Positions 41,691-54,363 of a DNA stretch of 64,000 nucleotides are shown in pieces. Numbering within the stretch: the first letter of the stretch is position 1; each line of letters opens with the position of its first letter. Both the position numbers and the translations under genes were made by a program. Under the pieces are notes generated by a model. The model ran no database searches. It was not told where the DNA came from and saw only the letters and a list, made by a program, of their open reading frames with translations. The stretch is from Laetmonice hystrix (taxonomy: Eukaryota), in NCBI GenBank assembly GCA_965235115.1, contig OZ249436.1, positions 49,416,001 through 49,480,000 of the forward strand. Reading direction: 5' to 3'.

Positions 41691-41949
41691 GTCAGTAATC
41701 TATGCAGGTCACTCTGCCAACAACATTATGATGTCTTAGGTCTGTAATCTATGCAGGTCAGTCTCTTCTAATAAAAGGGGGGTAGCTTATTAGTTGCCTA
41801 TACTTAAATATGCACCTTTAATTAAATGTCCAGTAACGATCTCAAATGAGATTTGATATTACAATAAAACTGTAACCCATCGAAATAGGCCCGCGCACCT
41901 TCAAAATTCACCGCCAAAACTACTGACTGTCCGCCTCTGGTTTGTTAAG

Positions 41950-42050
41950 TTCGTCATCTGTGAGGATGGAGCATGTGGCGCTAACTACGAACATTCTCCG
42001 GCAGAGGGCATTGCAGTCGTTCAACTGATCGAGCACCTCCTCCGATACAT
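41950..42050 (+). CDS. ChAT: ChAT catalytic exon (FVICEDGACGANYEHSPAEGIAVVQLIEHLL)
   Basis: Catalytic His in EHSPAEG (codon 41992-41994); donor GTAAGT; phase 0/2. Confidence 0.95.
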
Positions 42051-42304
42051 GTAAGTCTGACTGGCAACAGCCTGAGCAGCGCTATAATAATCGGCTTTAT
42101 TTTTTTATTATTTGACAGGGGGGGCGACACGGGTCAAGTCAAGATTTTAACTTGAAAAGGAGGTAAATTGGGGCCAAACGGTGGAAGGGGTCTGGGCTCC
42201 TGGGTCTCATCCCTTGGATCCGGGTCTGAAATACCTTCAACCCATAAAAGATAACACAGGGGATACGGACCCCCTTTAAACTGGTAGGTGGGGTATGTCG
42301 GAGT

Positions 42305-43139
42305 GTGGGGGTATGAGTGAGCTGGCGTGGGTGGATGAGTGAGCTGGCGTGGGTGGATGAGTGAGCTGGCGTGGGTGGATGAGTGAGCTGGCGTGGGTGG
42401 ATGAGTGAGCTGGCGTGGGTGGATGAGTGAGCTGGCGTGGGTGGGGTGTGAGTGAGTTGGCATGGGTGGGGTGTGAGTGAGTTGGCGTGGGTGGGGTGTG
42501 AGTGAGCTGGCGTGGGTGGATGAGTGAGCTGGCGTGGGTGGGGTGTGAGTGAGCTGGCATGGGTGGGGTGTGAGTGAGTTGGCGTGGGTGGGGTGTGAGT
42601 GAGCTGGCGTGGGTGTGGTATGAGTGAGCTTGCGTGGGTGGGGTGTGAGTGAGTTGGCGTGGGTGGGGTATGAGTGAGTTGGCGTGGGTGGGGTATGAGT
42701 GAGCAGGCGTGGGTGGGGTGTGAGTGAGCTGGCGTGGGTGGGGTATGAGTGAGCTGGCGTGGGTGGGGTATGAGTGAGCTGGCGTGGGTGGGGTGTACGT
42801 GAGCTGGTGTGAGTAGGGCGTGAGTGAGCTGGCGTGGGTGGGGTGTGAGTGAGCTGGTGTGGGTGGGGTGTGAGTGAGCAGGCGTGGGTGGGGTATGAGT
42901 GAGTTGGCGTGGGTGGGGTATGAGTGAGCTGGCGTGGGTGGGGTGTGAGTGAGTTGGCGTGGGTGGGGTGTGAGTGAGCAGGCGTGGGCGGGGTATGAGT
43001 GAGCTGGCATGGGTGGAGGTGTAGGCTACATGAGCTGGCGTGGGTGGGGGTGTAGGCTACATGAGCTGGCGTGGGTGGGGTATGAGTGAGCTGGCGTGGG
43101 TGGGGGTGTAGGCTACATGAGCTGGCATGGGTGGGGGTG
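42305..43139. repeat. G/T-rich 19/23-bp minisatellite in a ChAT intron
   Basis: Unit gagtgagctggcgtgggtggggt(g/a)t. Confidence 0.95.
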
Positions 43140-43548
43140 CCCATGCATTATTAGGAGTATCACATCTAACATCTATATTTTCATCAGTATGACTACATGG
43201 TTTATGCGACTACTGACATGGAGGACTGTGACGTTGTTTCACTGGGTGGTGGGTGGTCCTTCAGCTCGACCTTTATCTATGAATCTATGACTATGATTTC
43301 TGTTTCAATTGTGGTTTGGTCGTGATACAAAAACTCTGTACTGGTTACAGCCTCTATGCCTACACAGGTCGGATCTATGTGCCGTGAACAAAATATCTAA
43401 TTTACATCTTTTTCAGTTAACAACAAGTTTTGTATTTTTGTAGTAAATAGGCCTATATCCTATGACATTACTAGTGTACTCCGTATTCTGTTTTGTTACT
43501 CTAGCAGCATAATGTAGCCAGAGTACACATTCTAGTCCCTGTTTTCAG

Positions 43549-43680
43549 GGAGGAGGTTCGTAAACGAAAGTTGCCGAGGATGATGTCCTTATGTGAGTTG
43601 GCCTACCCCCGTAAACTACGCTGGAAACTGACGGAGGATATCACTGAGGACATAGAACAAGGCGTGACTGCCATGAACAG
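43549..43680 (+). CDS. ChAT: ChAT exon (EEVRKRKLPRMMSLCELAYPRKLRWKL...)
   Basis: P.KLRW motif; gttttcag| acceptor, |gtaaac donor; phase 2/2. Confidence 0.9.
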
Positions 43681-44478
43681 GTAAACATAATAACCTCCCG
43701 CCAGTCATAAACTTAGTGTACTCAAGGCGTGACTGCCATGAACAGGTAAACATAATAACCTCCCGCCAGTCATAAACTTAGTGTACTCAAGGCGTGACCG
43801 CCATGAACAGGTAAACATAATAACCTCCCGCCAGTCATAAACTTAGTGTACTCAAGGCGTGACCGCCATGAACAGGTAAACATAATAACCTCCCGCCAGT
43901 CATAAACTTAGTGTACTCAAGGCGTGACTGCCATGAACAGGTAAACATAATAACCTCCCACCAGTCATAAACTTAGTGTACTCAAGGCGTGACTGCCATG
44001 AACAGGTAAACATAATAACCTCCCGCCAGTCATAAACTTAGTGTACTCAAGGCGTGACTGCCATGAACAGGTAAACATAATAACCTCCCGCCAGTCATAA
44101 ACTTAGTGTACTCAAGGCGTGACTGCCATGAACAGGTAAACATAATAACCTCCCGCCAGTCATAAACTTGTGTACTCAAGGCGTGACCGCCATGAACAGG
44201 TAAACATGTTATAATAACCTCCCGCCAGTCATAAACTTAGTGTACTCAAGGCGTGACCGCCATGAACAGGTAAACATGTTATAATAACCTCCCGCCAGTC
44301 ATAAACTTAGTGTACTCAAGGCGTGACCGCCATGAACAGGTAAACATAATAACCTCCCGCCAGTCATAAACTTAGTGTACTCAAGGCGTGACTGCCATGA
44401 ACAGGTAAACATAATAACCTCCCGCCAGTCATAAACTTAGTGTACTCAAGGCGTGACCGCCATGAACAGGTAAACATG
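43658..44478 (+). repeat. 65-bp tandem repeat spanning a ChAT exon/intron junction, 13 donor copies
   Basis: Unit caaggcgtga(c/t)gccatgaacag|gtaaacataataacctcccgccagtcataaacttagtgtact. Confidence 0.95.
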
Positions 44479-44578
44479 TTTCGATCAAGTTATCATAACA
44501 GTTTCTACAATAATCCGTAAACCTTCTACAATACCATAGTATTGTCATAAGTTGAATAATTTCCCATTCATTTTGTAG

Positions 44579-44701
44579 CCTCATCAGTACCCTAGACATG
44601 TACTTCTTGAGGTTCAACGACTTTGGTCGGGAGTTTCCCAAGAAACACAACATGAGCCCAGACTCGTTCATACAACTGGCCTTACAACTCACATACTACA
44701 A
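44579..44701 (+). CDS. ChAT: ChAT exon (LISTLDMYFLRFNDFGREFPKKHNMSPDSFIQLALQLTYY)
   Basis: SPD.FIQLALQL CoA-binding region; phase 2/2. Confidence 0.95.
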
Positions 44702-44929
44702 GTAAGTGGAACCTTCTGGCACTAGGTATATTTATATATCTCAGTGATGAGCTGCCAAAAGTTACCTGCCTGTTTGCCAACGTAGGTTACCAAAATCGTT
44801 AGAGTTATAGCCGTAAATTCCTTCAGAATCTGATGTTTAGCTAGAAAGAATTACATGTAACCAGAAAATGCCAGGTGCTGTCAAGTGTGTTATGATTACC
44901 CACACTTATTAAATGCGGACCTCTCCTAG

Positions 44930-45068
44930 GATACATGGCCACCTAGTGTCGACTTACGAAAGCGCGTCAATTCGGCGCTTCCGATTAGGGCGCGTCGACA
45001 ACATCCGGGCATGTACCCTGGAGGCACTGGAGTTCTGCAAAGCCATGGTCGGGGAGGTGGAGGCAACG
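44930..45068 (+). CDS. ChAT: ChAT exon ([28 protein letters not shown]...)
   Basis: TYESAS.RRF..GRVDNIR; VDN is the ChAT-type triplet, where carnitine acyltransferases have T-D/E-T; phase 2/0. Confidence 0.96.
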
Positions 45069-45217
45069 GTAGGTGGCGCCACAGGCAGCTTGGGTCCGTG
45101 CCAGTCGTATGGGACGGTCACTGAGTGCGGGCACTGAGCGCAGGCAGCATTTGCCAGGGGGTTGTCGTCGTCTGCAGGAAACATACGGGCGTACGAGTGA
45201 TATGTCTGAGTAAAGAC

Positions 45218-45344
45218 TGCCATGGACCGTGCTGACTTCTAATAGTCATAGTCATAGTCTTGGACCGTGCTAACTTCTGCCATGGACCGTGCTAACTTCT
45301 GCCATGGACCGTGCTAACTTCTGCCATGGACCGTGCTAACTTCT
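45218..45344. repeat. 22-bp short tandem repeat
   Basis: Unit gccatggaccgtgctaacttct. Confidence 0.85.
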
Positions 45345-45447
45345 AATGTTAACTTAACTTCATAACTTAACTTCATAGTCAGGTTATTGCACATTTACGA
45401 AGCCAACGTCGCCTGAGAGGAGAAAGGGACCATTTTAATGTCTTTAT

Positions 45448-45782
45448 AATACGGGCGTTTCCATAAACTAGTTTATGCAAAGGCGGCACCAGTCACTGCG
45501 CATGTGCGCTGAGTCGTCTGCAGTCACTGCTTCTTCCGGAGTCATGGCTTCGCGGCCTTGCAACAAGAAGACCAAATATAAGGGAAACTTGTTTCACTGG
45601 CAACCGAGGTAGCATGTCTATAGCGCAATCGAGTCCGACGATCATGTATACTCGGAAAGAGAGCGGCGGTGTGTCGTATTATATGTTGACACCGGAAGTC
45701 CCAGTGTCGGCGGAAGTGGGCTTTCAGCGGTGGCGGTGCACAGCGGAATTTGAGTGAACTAGTTTTGTGAAACTCCCGTATT
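45448..45782. mobile_element. MITE-like element with 26-bp imperfect terminal inverted repeats
   Basis: Left arm aatacgggcgtttccataaactagtt; reverse complement of right arm aatacgggagtttcacaaaactagtt. Confidence 0.6.
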
Positions 45783-45886
45783 CTTCCGCCTTAGTTTTAA
45801 ATCAAACAAAATACGACAAACACCACTTCTGTTGCCTTGAAGTTTGTTTTTTGATTTAAATATTTTTATGTCGATTGTTTTGTCAG

Positions 45887-45949
45887 GATGAAATGAAGAT
45901 GACTTTGTTTCGAAACGCCATCAAACAACAAACGGATATCCTTGTCCAG
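45887..45949 (+). CDS. ChAT: ChAT exon (DEMKMTLFRNAIKQQTDILVQ)
   Basis: ttttgtcag| acceptor, CAG|GTAAAG donor; phase 0/0; fills the expected helix. Confidence 0.88.
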
Positions 45950-46291
45950 GTAAAGTTATATTCAAAAAGTGAAGGTTTACATGTAAACGTACGCAGCGAG
46001 AGTCTCGTCCGTCAGATCATGCCCGCAGCCACCTAGTGTCGTATTTGGTAACTAGGACCTTCCTATGTTGTAAGACAGGAACTGACGTCTATAAATAGCA
46101 CAATGACCTATTATTATTGTACAATGCTTTAAATGTCTTACCGTTTCATTAAAATCTTCATAATTCCTACAATTTTAACTGATTGTTTATATTGAGGGCA
46201 TATAGTTCCCTAACGATGGAATAGAGGTAATTCCACAACGCGCCATGTGTAAATATTTTTGCTCAACTCAATTCCATCTCTTCTGCTGCAG

Positions 46292-46429
46292 ACTATCCTT
46301 GGTTATGGCATCGATAACCATCTGCTCGGATTACGACAGATGGCTGAGGAGCTCGGCATACCCAAACCAGCTGTCTTTGAAGATGTATCTTATCAAATAT
46401 CAAACCATTTCACTCTATCTACGAGTCAG
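46292..46429 (+). CDS. ChAT: ChAT exon (TILGYGIDNHLLGLR...FTLSTSQ)
   Basis: GIDNHLLGL and LSTSQ motifs; phase 0/0. Confidence 0.96.
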
Positions 46430-46703
46430 GTATATGGGGTTTCGTATGTAGATCTAACGTTAATTTACGAATTATTTTGGAACTTCGTAAAGTTCAACGG
46501 CAGAACAAACGTCAGTAGCAATAAAAATAACGGGAGGGGTTGTTTCTAAAATCGACTATACCTTTGAGAACTCCGCAACTTCTTAGTTGATAGAGTTTGT
46601 TAAATCAAACTTAGATTACATAGCCTAATTCATTGGACGACCCTACCTTTTTCTATGACTTAGAGCAGGAAGTCACTGATTGGTTGATTTGATATGACGT
46701 CAG

Positions 46704-47069
46704 GTTCCGACTACTATGGACGCCTTCATGTGTTATGGCCCGGTAGTACCTGATGGATACGGAGTCTGTTACAACCCAAAGGCCGACCATATCTTCGTCG
46801 GAATTACGTCATTCAACACGTGTGGCGAGACCCGCTCCGACTTCTTCGCCTTCACGCTGGAGAGTTCCTTTATGCAGATAAAGGAGCTGTGTTTGAAAGC
46901 GCAATCGGACGCCAATAAAACAGCGAATGTTCCAGTCAATGGCGTACGGAACGGAGAGGCTACTCAGCAAGCCAAGGTCAGGGTCCAGGCACGGAGCAAC
47001 CTTGTGAGACAGAAGGATTCGTCCTCAGAGGAGTCTACGGAGGGAGCGAGCAATGGCGCTTCAAAATGA
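46704..47069 (+). CDS. ChAT: ChAT last coding exon (VPTTMDAFMCYGPVVPDGYGVCYNP...GASK*)
   Basis: YGPVVPDGYG.CYNP motif; stop TGA at 47067-47069. Confidence 0.96.
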   Translation, partial: VPTTMDAFMCYGPVVPDGYGVCYNPKADHIFVGITSFNTCGETRSDFFAFTLESSFMQIKELCLKAQSDANKTANVPVNGVRNGEATQQAKVRVQARSNLVRQKDSSSEESTEGASNGASK

Positions 47070-48216
47070 GTGTCGACATATAACAATAATTATAAGTGTA
47101 GAGTGGCGGGTTATGTATAGTAGAAACAGACTCCGTGAATATGTATACATCGGAGGGGTGTGAGCATGTTATCAGAAGTTTCGTTAAAGTAATTATATAC
47201 AGATTACACGTGTACGGTAGACCTAGAATCTCCAGTGTTTTAGGTCATAGACAATCCCGTCCGTATAGCAGTACCAGTCAGTGGCGACAATGCATTATGT
47301 GGACAGTAAACGGAAACTAGGAATACTATACGTAAAGGGGGACAGTAGGGCATATATGTTAACAGTTAAGAGATCTCAGACGACAGCATCAAAACGTTAG
47401 GATTACGTTTTGTTGTTTGTTGGTGTGTTTTGTCACGACGAGTGCGAGGCCCCCTTGTTGCCATTTTGAGTGTTATCTCAGAGAATCGAACGGGCAGGGT
47501 AGGCCATGACAAACCAAGTTTGCTGGGCTTTTGGATTGGTAGGCCCAGGCCTATAGCCTTTTCTTTGTGAGACCCTGAATACAGACCATCGCTCATGGTT
47601 TATTATACATTCACCGGAAAGATTGGATGGAAATGCTTAAGTAGGGCTTAAGTAGGTCTACACACGATACGGATAGGGGGCGGGTTGTTAAACGCCAGAC
47701 AAGAGCGGTTCCCGAACGGTGCCAAAATGTACCTATAGATGGCGCTAGTGGTTGCACTTAGACCGCGAGAGACTGGCATCTGCTCAACTAGTTGCGTCTT
47801 GTCCGCAAACTAAAATGTTATAGTGTTAGCGTAGTGGAGACAAACTGTTGATGTTATGGATACTGAATGAAAAATGTACATCAAATATATCAATAATGAA
47901 CCTTACACAAAATTACCCATTCTATACGATAACAGGTGTCTCAATGCATAGATGAACGCTTGAATGTAGTACGAAAAGTACAAGGGGACTTTCATTGAGT
48001 ACATATATGCACCGGAAACTTGCAGGAACACTTCCGCCCCAGCCACTAGCGTAGAAAGCCCAGGATAACGCAGAACTAATCGATCAGTTTAGAAGTTAAC
48101 AATGTGATTGTGTTATTGTGAAGTTGTCAGTCCTTGGAGGTGTTAGATATCTTCAGATCAATAGACGTGATCGACAGCAGTTCGGTGATTAATGGTACGA
48201 TAAAAACAACCGGCAC

Positions 48217-48364
48217 CAGGGGCCGGTTTTACTAAAGGTCGAAAATAACGACGTCGAAAATTTAACATAGAAGTGAATGGTTATTTTCGACCTAGCAACC
48301 CATTCACTTCTATGTTAAATTTTTGACGTCGTTATTTTCGACTCTTTAGTAAAACGGGCCCCTG
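48217..48364. mobile_element. Palindromic foldback MITE in the presumed ChAT 3' UTR
   Basis: About 63-bp near-perfect arms: caggggccggttttactaaaggtcgaaaataacgacgtc...catagaagtgaatgg and ccattcacttctatg...gacgtcgttattttcgactctttagtaaaacgggcccctg. Confidence 0.75.
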
Positions 48365-50057
48365 TGTATCCCTATAATCCAGGTATATTCGATATAATGA
48401 ATGAATTCCCCGGGTATGTTTAGATTTACGCTTTTAATGAATTGCCCCGTAACAAAGACCAATACGTAGAACACATCCTGTTCTGTGGACCAACTATTCC
48501 GAAAGGCAATATTTACGAATTGGACATGTCACCTCTAGGCATGCATTTCTCTGTGTTAGCGCTGGTGTTACAAGGAGAACGACGAAAAGAGTTGGTATAT
48601 TAACAAATGTAATGTTGTGTGTTGGTATAGCCTATAGTATATGGAGGCGAGTTTTGTCCTGCAGCTGATTGTTGACATTATTGTAAACAATGGGTTATAC
48701 TACGAGTGGTGGTGGATGTAGATACAATCTATATGTTACCGTTATTTTTCGGGAAGGGGAACTAAATCAAGTTATAAATTCCAGTAAATTAATGGTTTTG
48801 AGTTGATGTGTATGTATCAAATAGCAATGTGTGGATTTCCTCCCTGAAAGATTGTGTTGTTTAGATGACAAAGTCTTCGACTGGCCTGCCTGTATCTCCG
48901 GGTTCTGGTATAATGCTAGATGCGCGGATTGGAAGATTACGTAACGCTGTCTTTGGTTAGTCTTTCGCCAAAGTATTTCATCTTTTTTTTCTGCATGAAA
49001 CGTTTCCAAGAGGTTTCCCGCTTTTTGTCAGAGGGTGACATCACTGAGAAAAGAAACCTTTCCCCGGTGGTGGGCTACTGCTGGAAGAGAGACCATTGTG
49101 AATCTCGACAGGATACTGTCGGAGCGTTGTGTATAGACAGATGACTTCTTGGTGTTTAGACAGGAGACTTGGTGTTTAGACAGAGGACTCGGTGTTAAGA
49201 CAGAGGACTGGGTTAAGCAATGTGTAAAGACAGGAGATTTGCCGAAGAGTTGTGTATAGCCAGGAAGATGATCACATAGACAGAGAGTGTTTTAATAGGA
49301 AAGGCTCGCAGCTAGTTCCTACAGAGCCCTGACACACGACTGAATCTCTCCAGAATAATAGAGTCCATAATACAGAGATATGCCTACGGTTTGAACGTTA
49401 TGACTGTTACTGTGGCGAAACAGAAGATATTCCTTCCATTGATATGGGGCATTCCTTGTTGGTCAACGGATACCATTAACTCATTGAGTGCCGAGATAAT
49501 TAATATTAAATGGTAAAGAAAACTCCAAAGTTTCTTCAACAGATGGCCTTACAAGGTAGGCCTACTTTCCGCGCCGGTAAAAGCCATAACAGTTCATCAG
49601 TTTTGCATGATAATTAGACTTAAGCGACCCGGTAATAAAGAAGCATAATAATGTCTGGCAGAAGCATTTTCCTCAGAATGGATTTCCTCAGAATGGATTT
49701 TACCAGAATGGATTGTTTGCTGGTCGATGGATACAATTGTTTTATTGATCGGACCGTGATATTTGCACTGCAGAATTCTTTTAGGTTTTCCCCCATGTGA
49801 AGACAATGTGCTTCTCAGGAAACCATTATTGTTGCTTTTACAGTTGGACCAATAATTAAGATGTTCAGTCTTATCATTTTCGTTATTCATATTATTATTT
49901 ATTATTTTTACCATTTTTTGCGGTATTTTTGTTTTAACTGTTATTTATATCATTAACACCACATTGCCGCGGTCATTCGTGGTTAACTATACTATCGTCA
50001 CTTTTAAGATTATTATAATTATTATCATTATTATCCCCAAGGGTCCTTGGATACATA

Positions 50058-50063
50058 AATAAA
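50058..50063 (+). terminator. Candidate ChAT polyadenylation signal (others at 49634, ~50815, ~50868)
   Basis: AATAAA hexamers in a U-rich region about 2.6-3.8 kb after the stop. Confidence 0.3.
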
Positions 50064-51856
50064 ATGTCATGATTTCTCATTACAATCATGAGGCAAGTAA
50101 AGTGACGGTCAGCAAAGACAACAAAGCTGATAGTAAAAAACTGGGACTTTGCTAAAGCTACCATCCCAAGACGGACCAAACATGAGAGTTGGGAAAATGT
50201 TGAGACAAGTAAAAGACAAATATTGTTTGTATATACGATAGAGGACTGTGGTGAGGATTGATATTGTTGCACTGTTGGCATTTACAGGTAGAGATCGATG
50301 GCGAAGTGTCAGGTACACGGATATTTTCTTGTTAAAATGACATACTTAAATGTGTGTTTCTTATATAAAGTCTTGTTGTCTGTACACTATCAGTCAATCA
50401 TACGTTTGTTGAGAAAAGAGTAGTTTAAGAACTGGTGTATGTTATTCTATAGGTCCACTTCTTCGACGCCGGCCATTACTTCACGCAATCTGTCGACTAG
50501 GTTCTCTATTCGCTGCATATCTCGTATTTATTCAGTAGGCCTCGTTATCCCGTTACAGATACTAGAGTCGGTATGAGCGATGTATTGTGCTTTGTTATTG
50601 GCTGCTGGTCTCGAGTTCAGCCGTTTTCATTGGTCGACGCAGTGTAGAGATAGTACGGACAATGTGATTGGCTGGTCATTCACCAGAGATCGGTGGTATC
50701 GGGTTTCTTTCTGTCGTGGCTTGCTCACGTAAACTTGTCAACAGCCGTGTAAGATAAACTGCGTGTCGGCAAACTTCGTCCAATATCCTGCAATGTGATT
50801 TGGTGAATGGTAAAAATAAACGCGGGGACATTACGGAGACGTGGTGTGATAGTTGTGTCAATTTTACAATAAAACCTGAACCGTAGCAGCACACGTAGGC
50901 CTAGTGTAGGTTAGGTTAAGATTTATAACCCATTGTAGCTTTGAAATATTAAAATTGGTAAAGTTTCTTTTTAAAAGGGTTGCCCTCATCTTTCAGTGCC
51001 TTTCCAAATTCAGTAGTTTCTGGGAGGTTCATGTTTCTAGTGGGAAAGTGAGGTTTGTATCGTAGGCACAGGCCTATACCTTTTACGCCTAAGATCATGC
51101 AATATCCCCCGGGATAAATTCAAAACCATCAAATGCCCTTTTTAAACTCGATCTAAAACTCAATGAATCCACCAAAGTGTGCAGGATGAACTGAAAACTA
51201 AGTTTTAGTTTGATGCACTAGGTGGCGCAAAGATCGCTAATTACACGCGACACCTGGTGTCAAATTTGAAATACATTCTGCGGTCTGTGGCTCGAGGTCC
51301 CCAAACTTAGCGGTGTCGTCTCTCTTCACGACAGTGGAGATTTAATTTATTTATGATTTTATACCATCCGGGGACTGTCATATCAGGGACCAACTCACGG
51401 CAGTGGGTGATACTAATATGAAAATGAAGAAAGGTTTACTGAAAGTCAAGAGTTCAGGACGAAAACATTAATTTATGATGCCCTGCAACGCATTAGGCGA
51501 TAATTAAATATTGGTATTTCCACAATACAAAGTTTTCTATATTAACCCCCCTGAGAAAACAGGAGCAGCTCGAATCTTATAAGTAACGTTATATGGTATT
51601 CAACTCCAACTCCAACACGTTGTAGTCTTGTGGCGCCACCTATACAAAACAAAATAAACTAGGCGCTGAAGCACGTAACGTTCAGTGGATCCGATGGTGC
51701 GTTTTTCTTCCGATTAAAGCTCTTCACTAGGTCGACACCACCAAAGATTTATGTTTACCAAGACAAACGACGAATGGGTATGGGAGGCGGGTTGACCCTA
51801 CAAGTTTCGGTTAGTACGTATACGTATGTGCAGGACTTACAGGGAAAGGCCTGTTG

Positions 51857-54363
51857 AAGTGATACTATCATCGTACTGCATGGTAGAGCAGTGTCTCAAA
51901 GTGATATTATCACCTTACTGCATGGTAGAGCAGTGTGTCAAAGTGATATTATCACCTTACTGCATGGTAGAGCAGTGTGTCAAAGTGATATAATCGTACT
52001 GCATGGTAGAGCAGTGTGTCAAAGTGATATAATCGTACTGCATGGTAGAGCAGTGTGTCAAAGTGATATAATCGTACTGCATGGTAGAGCAGTGTGTCAA
52101 AGTGATATAATCGTACTGCATGGTAGAGCAGTGTGTCAAAGTGATATAATCGTACTGCATGGTAGAGCAGTGTGTCAAAGTGATATTATTATCGCACTGC
52201 ATGGTAGAGCAGTGTGTCAGTCAAAGTGATATCACCATCGTACTGCATGCATGGTAGAGCAGTGTGTCAAAGTGATATTATTATCGCACTGCATGGTAGA
52301 GCAGTGTGTCAGTCAAAGTGATATCACCATCGTACTGCATGCATGGTAGAGCAGTGTGCCAAAGTGATATTATCATCGTACTGCATGGTAGAGCAGTGTG
52401 TCAAAGTGATATTATCACCTTACTGCATGGTAGAGCAGTGTGTCAAAGTGATATTATCATCGTACTGCATGGTAGAGCAGTGTGTCAGTTAAAGTGATAT
52501 TATCATCGTACTGCATGGTAGAGCAGTGTGTCAGTCAAAGTGATATTATCATCGTACTGTATGGTAGAGCAGTGTGTCAGTCAAAGTGATATCATCATGG
52601 TACTACATGGTAGAGCAGTGTGTCAGTCAAAGTGATATCATCATCGTACTGCATGGTAGAGCAGTGTGTCAGTCAAAGTGATATCATCATGTTACTACAT
52701 GGTAGAGCAGTGTGTCTGTCAAAGTGATATCACCATCGCACTGCATGCATGGTAGAGCAGTCTGTCAGTCAAAGTGATATTATCATGGTACTACATGGTA
52801 GAGCAGTGTGTCAGTCAAAGTGATATCATCATGGTACTGCATGGTAGAGCAGTGTGTCAGTCAAAGTGATATCATCATCTTACTGCATGGTAGAGCAGTG
52901 TGTCAGTCAAAGCGATATCATCATGGTACTACATGGTAGAGCAGTGTGTCAGTCAAAGTGATATCATCATCGTACTGCATGGTAGAGCAGTGTGTCAGTC
53001 AAAGTGATATCATCATGGTACTACATGGTAGAGCAGTGTGTCAGTCAAAGTGATATCATCATCGTACTGCATGGTAGAGCAGTGTGTCAGTCAAAGTGAT
53101 ATCATCATCGTACTGCATGGTAGAGCAGTGTGTCAGTCAAAGTGATATCATCATGTTACTACATGGTAGAGCAGTGTGTCTGTCAAAGTGATATCACCAT
53201 CGCACTGCATGCATGGTAGAGCAGTCTGTCAGTCAAAGTGATATTATCATGGTACTACATGGTAGAGCAGTGTGTCAGTCAAAGTGATATCATCATCGTA
53301 CTGCATGGTAGAGCAGTGTGTCAGTCAAAGTGATATCATCATCGTACTGCATGGTAGAGCAGTGTGTCAGTCAAAGTGATATCATCATCGTACTGCATGG
53401 TAGAGCAGTGTGTCAGTCAAAGTGATATCATCATCGTACTGCATGGTAGAGCAGTGTGTCAGTCAAAGTGATATCATCATGTTACTACATGGTAGAGCAG
53501 CCAGTCTGTCAGTCAAAGTGATATTATCATGGTACTGTATGGTAGAGCAGTGTGTCAGTCAAAGTGATATCATCATGGTACTGTATGGTAGAGCAGTGTG
53601 TCAGTCAAAGTGATATCATCATGGTACTGTATGGTAGAGCAGTGTGTCAGTTAAAGTGATATTATCATCGTACTGCATGGTAGAGCAGTGTGTCAGTCAA
53701 AGTGATATTATCATCGTACTGTATGGTAGAGCAGTGTGTCAGTCAAAGTGATATCATCATGGTACTGTATGGTAGAGCAGTGTGTCAGTCAAAGTGATAT
53801 CATCATGGTACTGCATGGTAGAGCAGTAAGTCAGTCAAAGTGATATTATCATGGTACTACATGGTAGAGCAGTCTGTCAGTCAAAGTGATATCATCATGG
53901 TACTACATGGTAGAGCAGTGTGTCAGTCAAAGTGATATCATCATGGTACTACATGGTAGAGCAGTGTGTCAGTCAAAGTGATATCATCATGTTACTACAT
54001 GGTAGAGCAGTGTGTCAGTCAAAGTGATATCATCATGGTACTGCATGGTAGAGCGGTGTGCCAGTCAAAGTGATATCATCATGGTACTACATGGTAGAGC
54101 AGTCTGTCAGTCAAAGTGATATCACCATCGTACTGCATGCATGGTAGAGCAGTGTGCCAAAGTGATATTATCATCGTACTGTATGGTAGAGCAGTGAGTC
54201 AGTCAAAGTGATATCATCATGGTACTACATGGTAGAGCAGTGTGTCAGTCAAAGTGATATCATCATCGTACTGCATGGTAGAGCAGTGTGTCAGTCAAAG
54301 TGATATCACCATCGTACTGCATGCATGGTAGAGCAGTGTGTCAGTCAAAGTGATATCATCATC
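51857..54363. repeat. ~36-46-bp satellite array, about 2.5 kb
   Basis: Unit caaagtgatatcatcatcgtactgcatggtagagcagtgtgtcagt, with length variants. Confidence 0.97.

Noticed and set aside
42134..43144. 336-aa and 244-aa His/Pro/Thr-rich ORFs on the minus strand
   Set aside because: Translations of an intronic minisatellite
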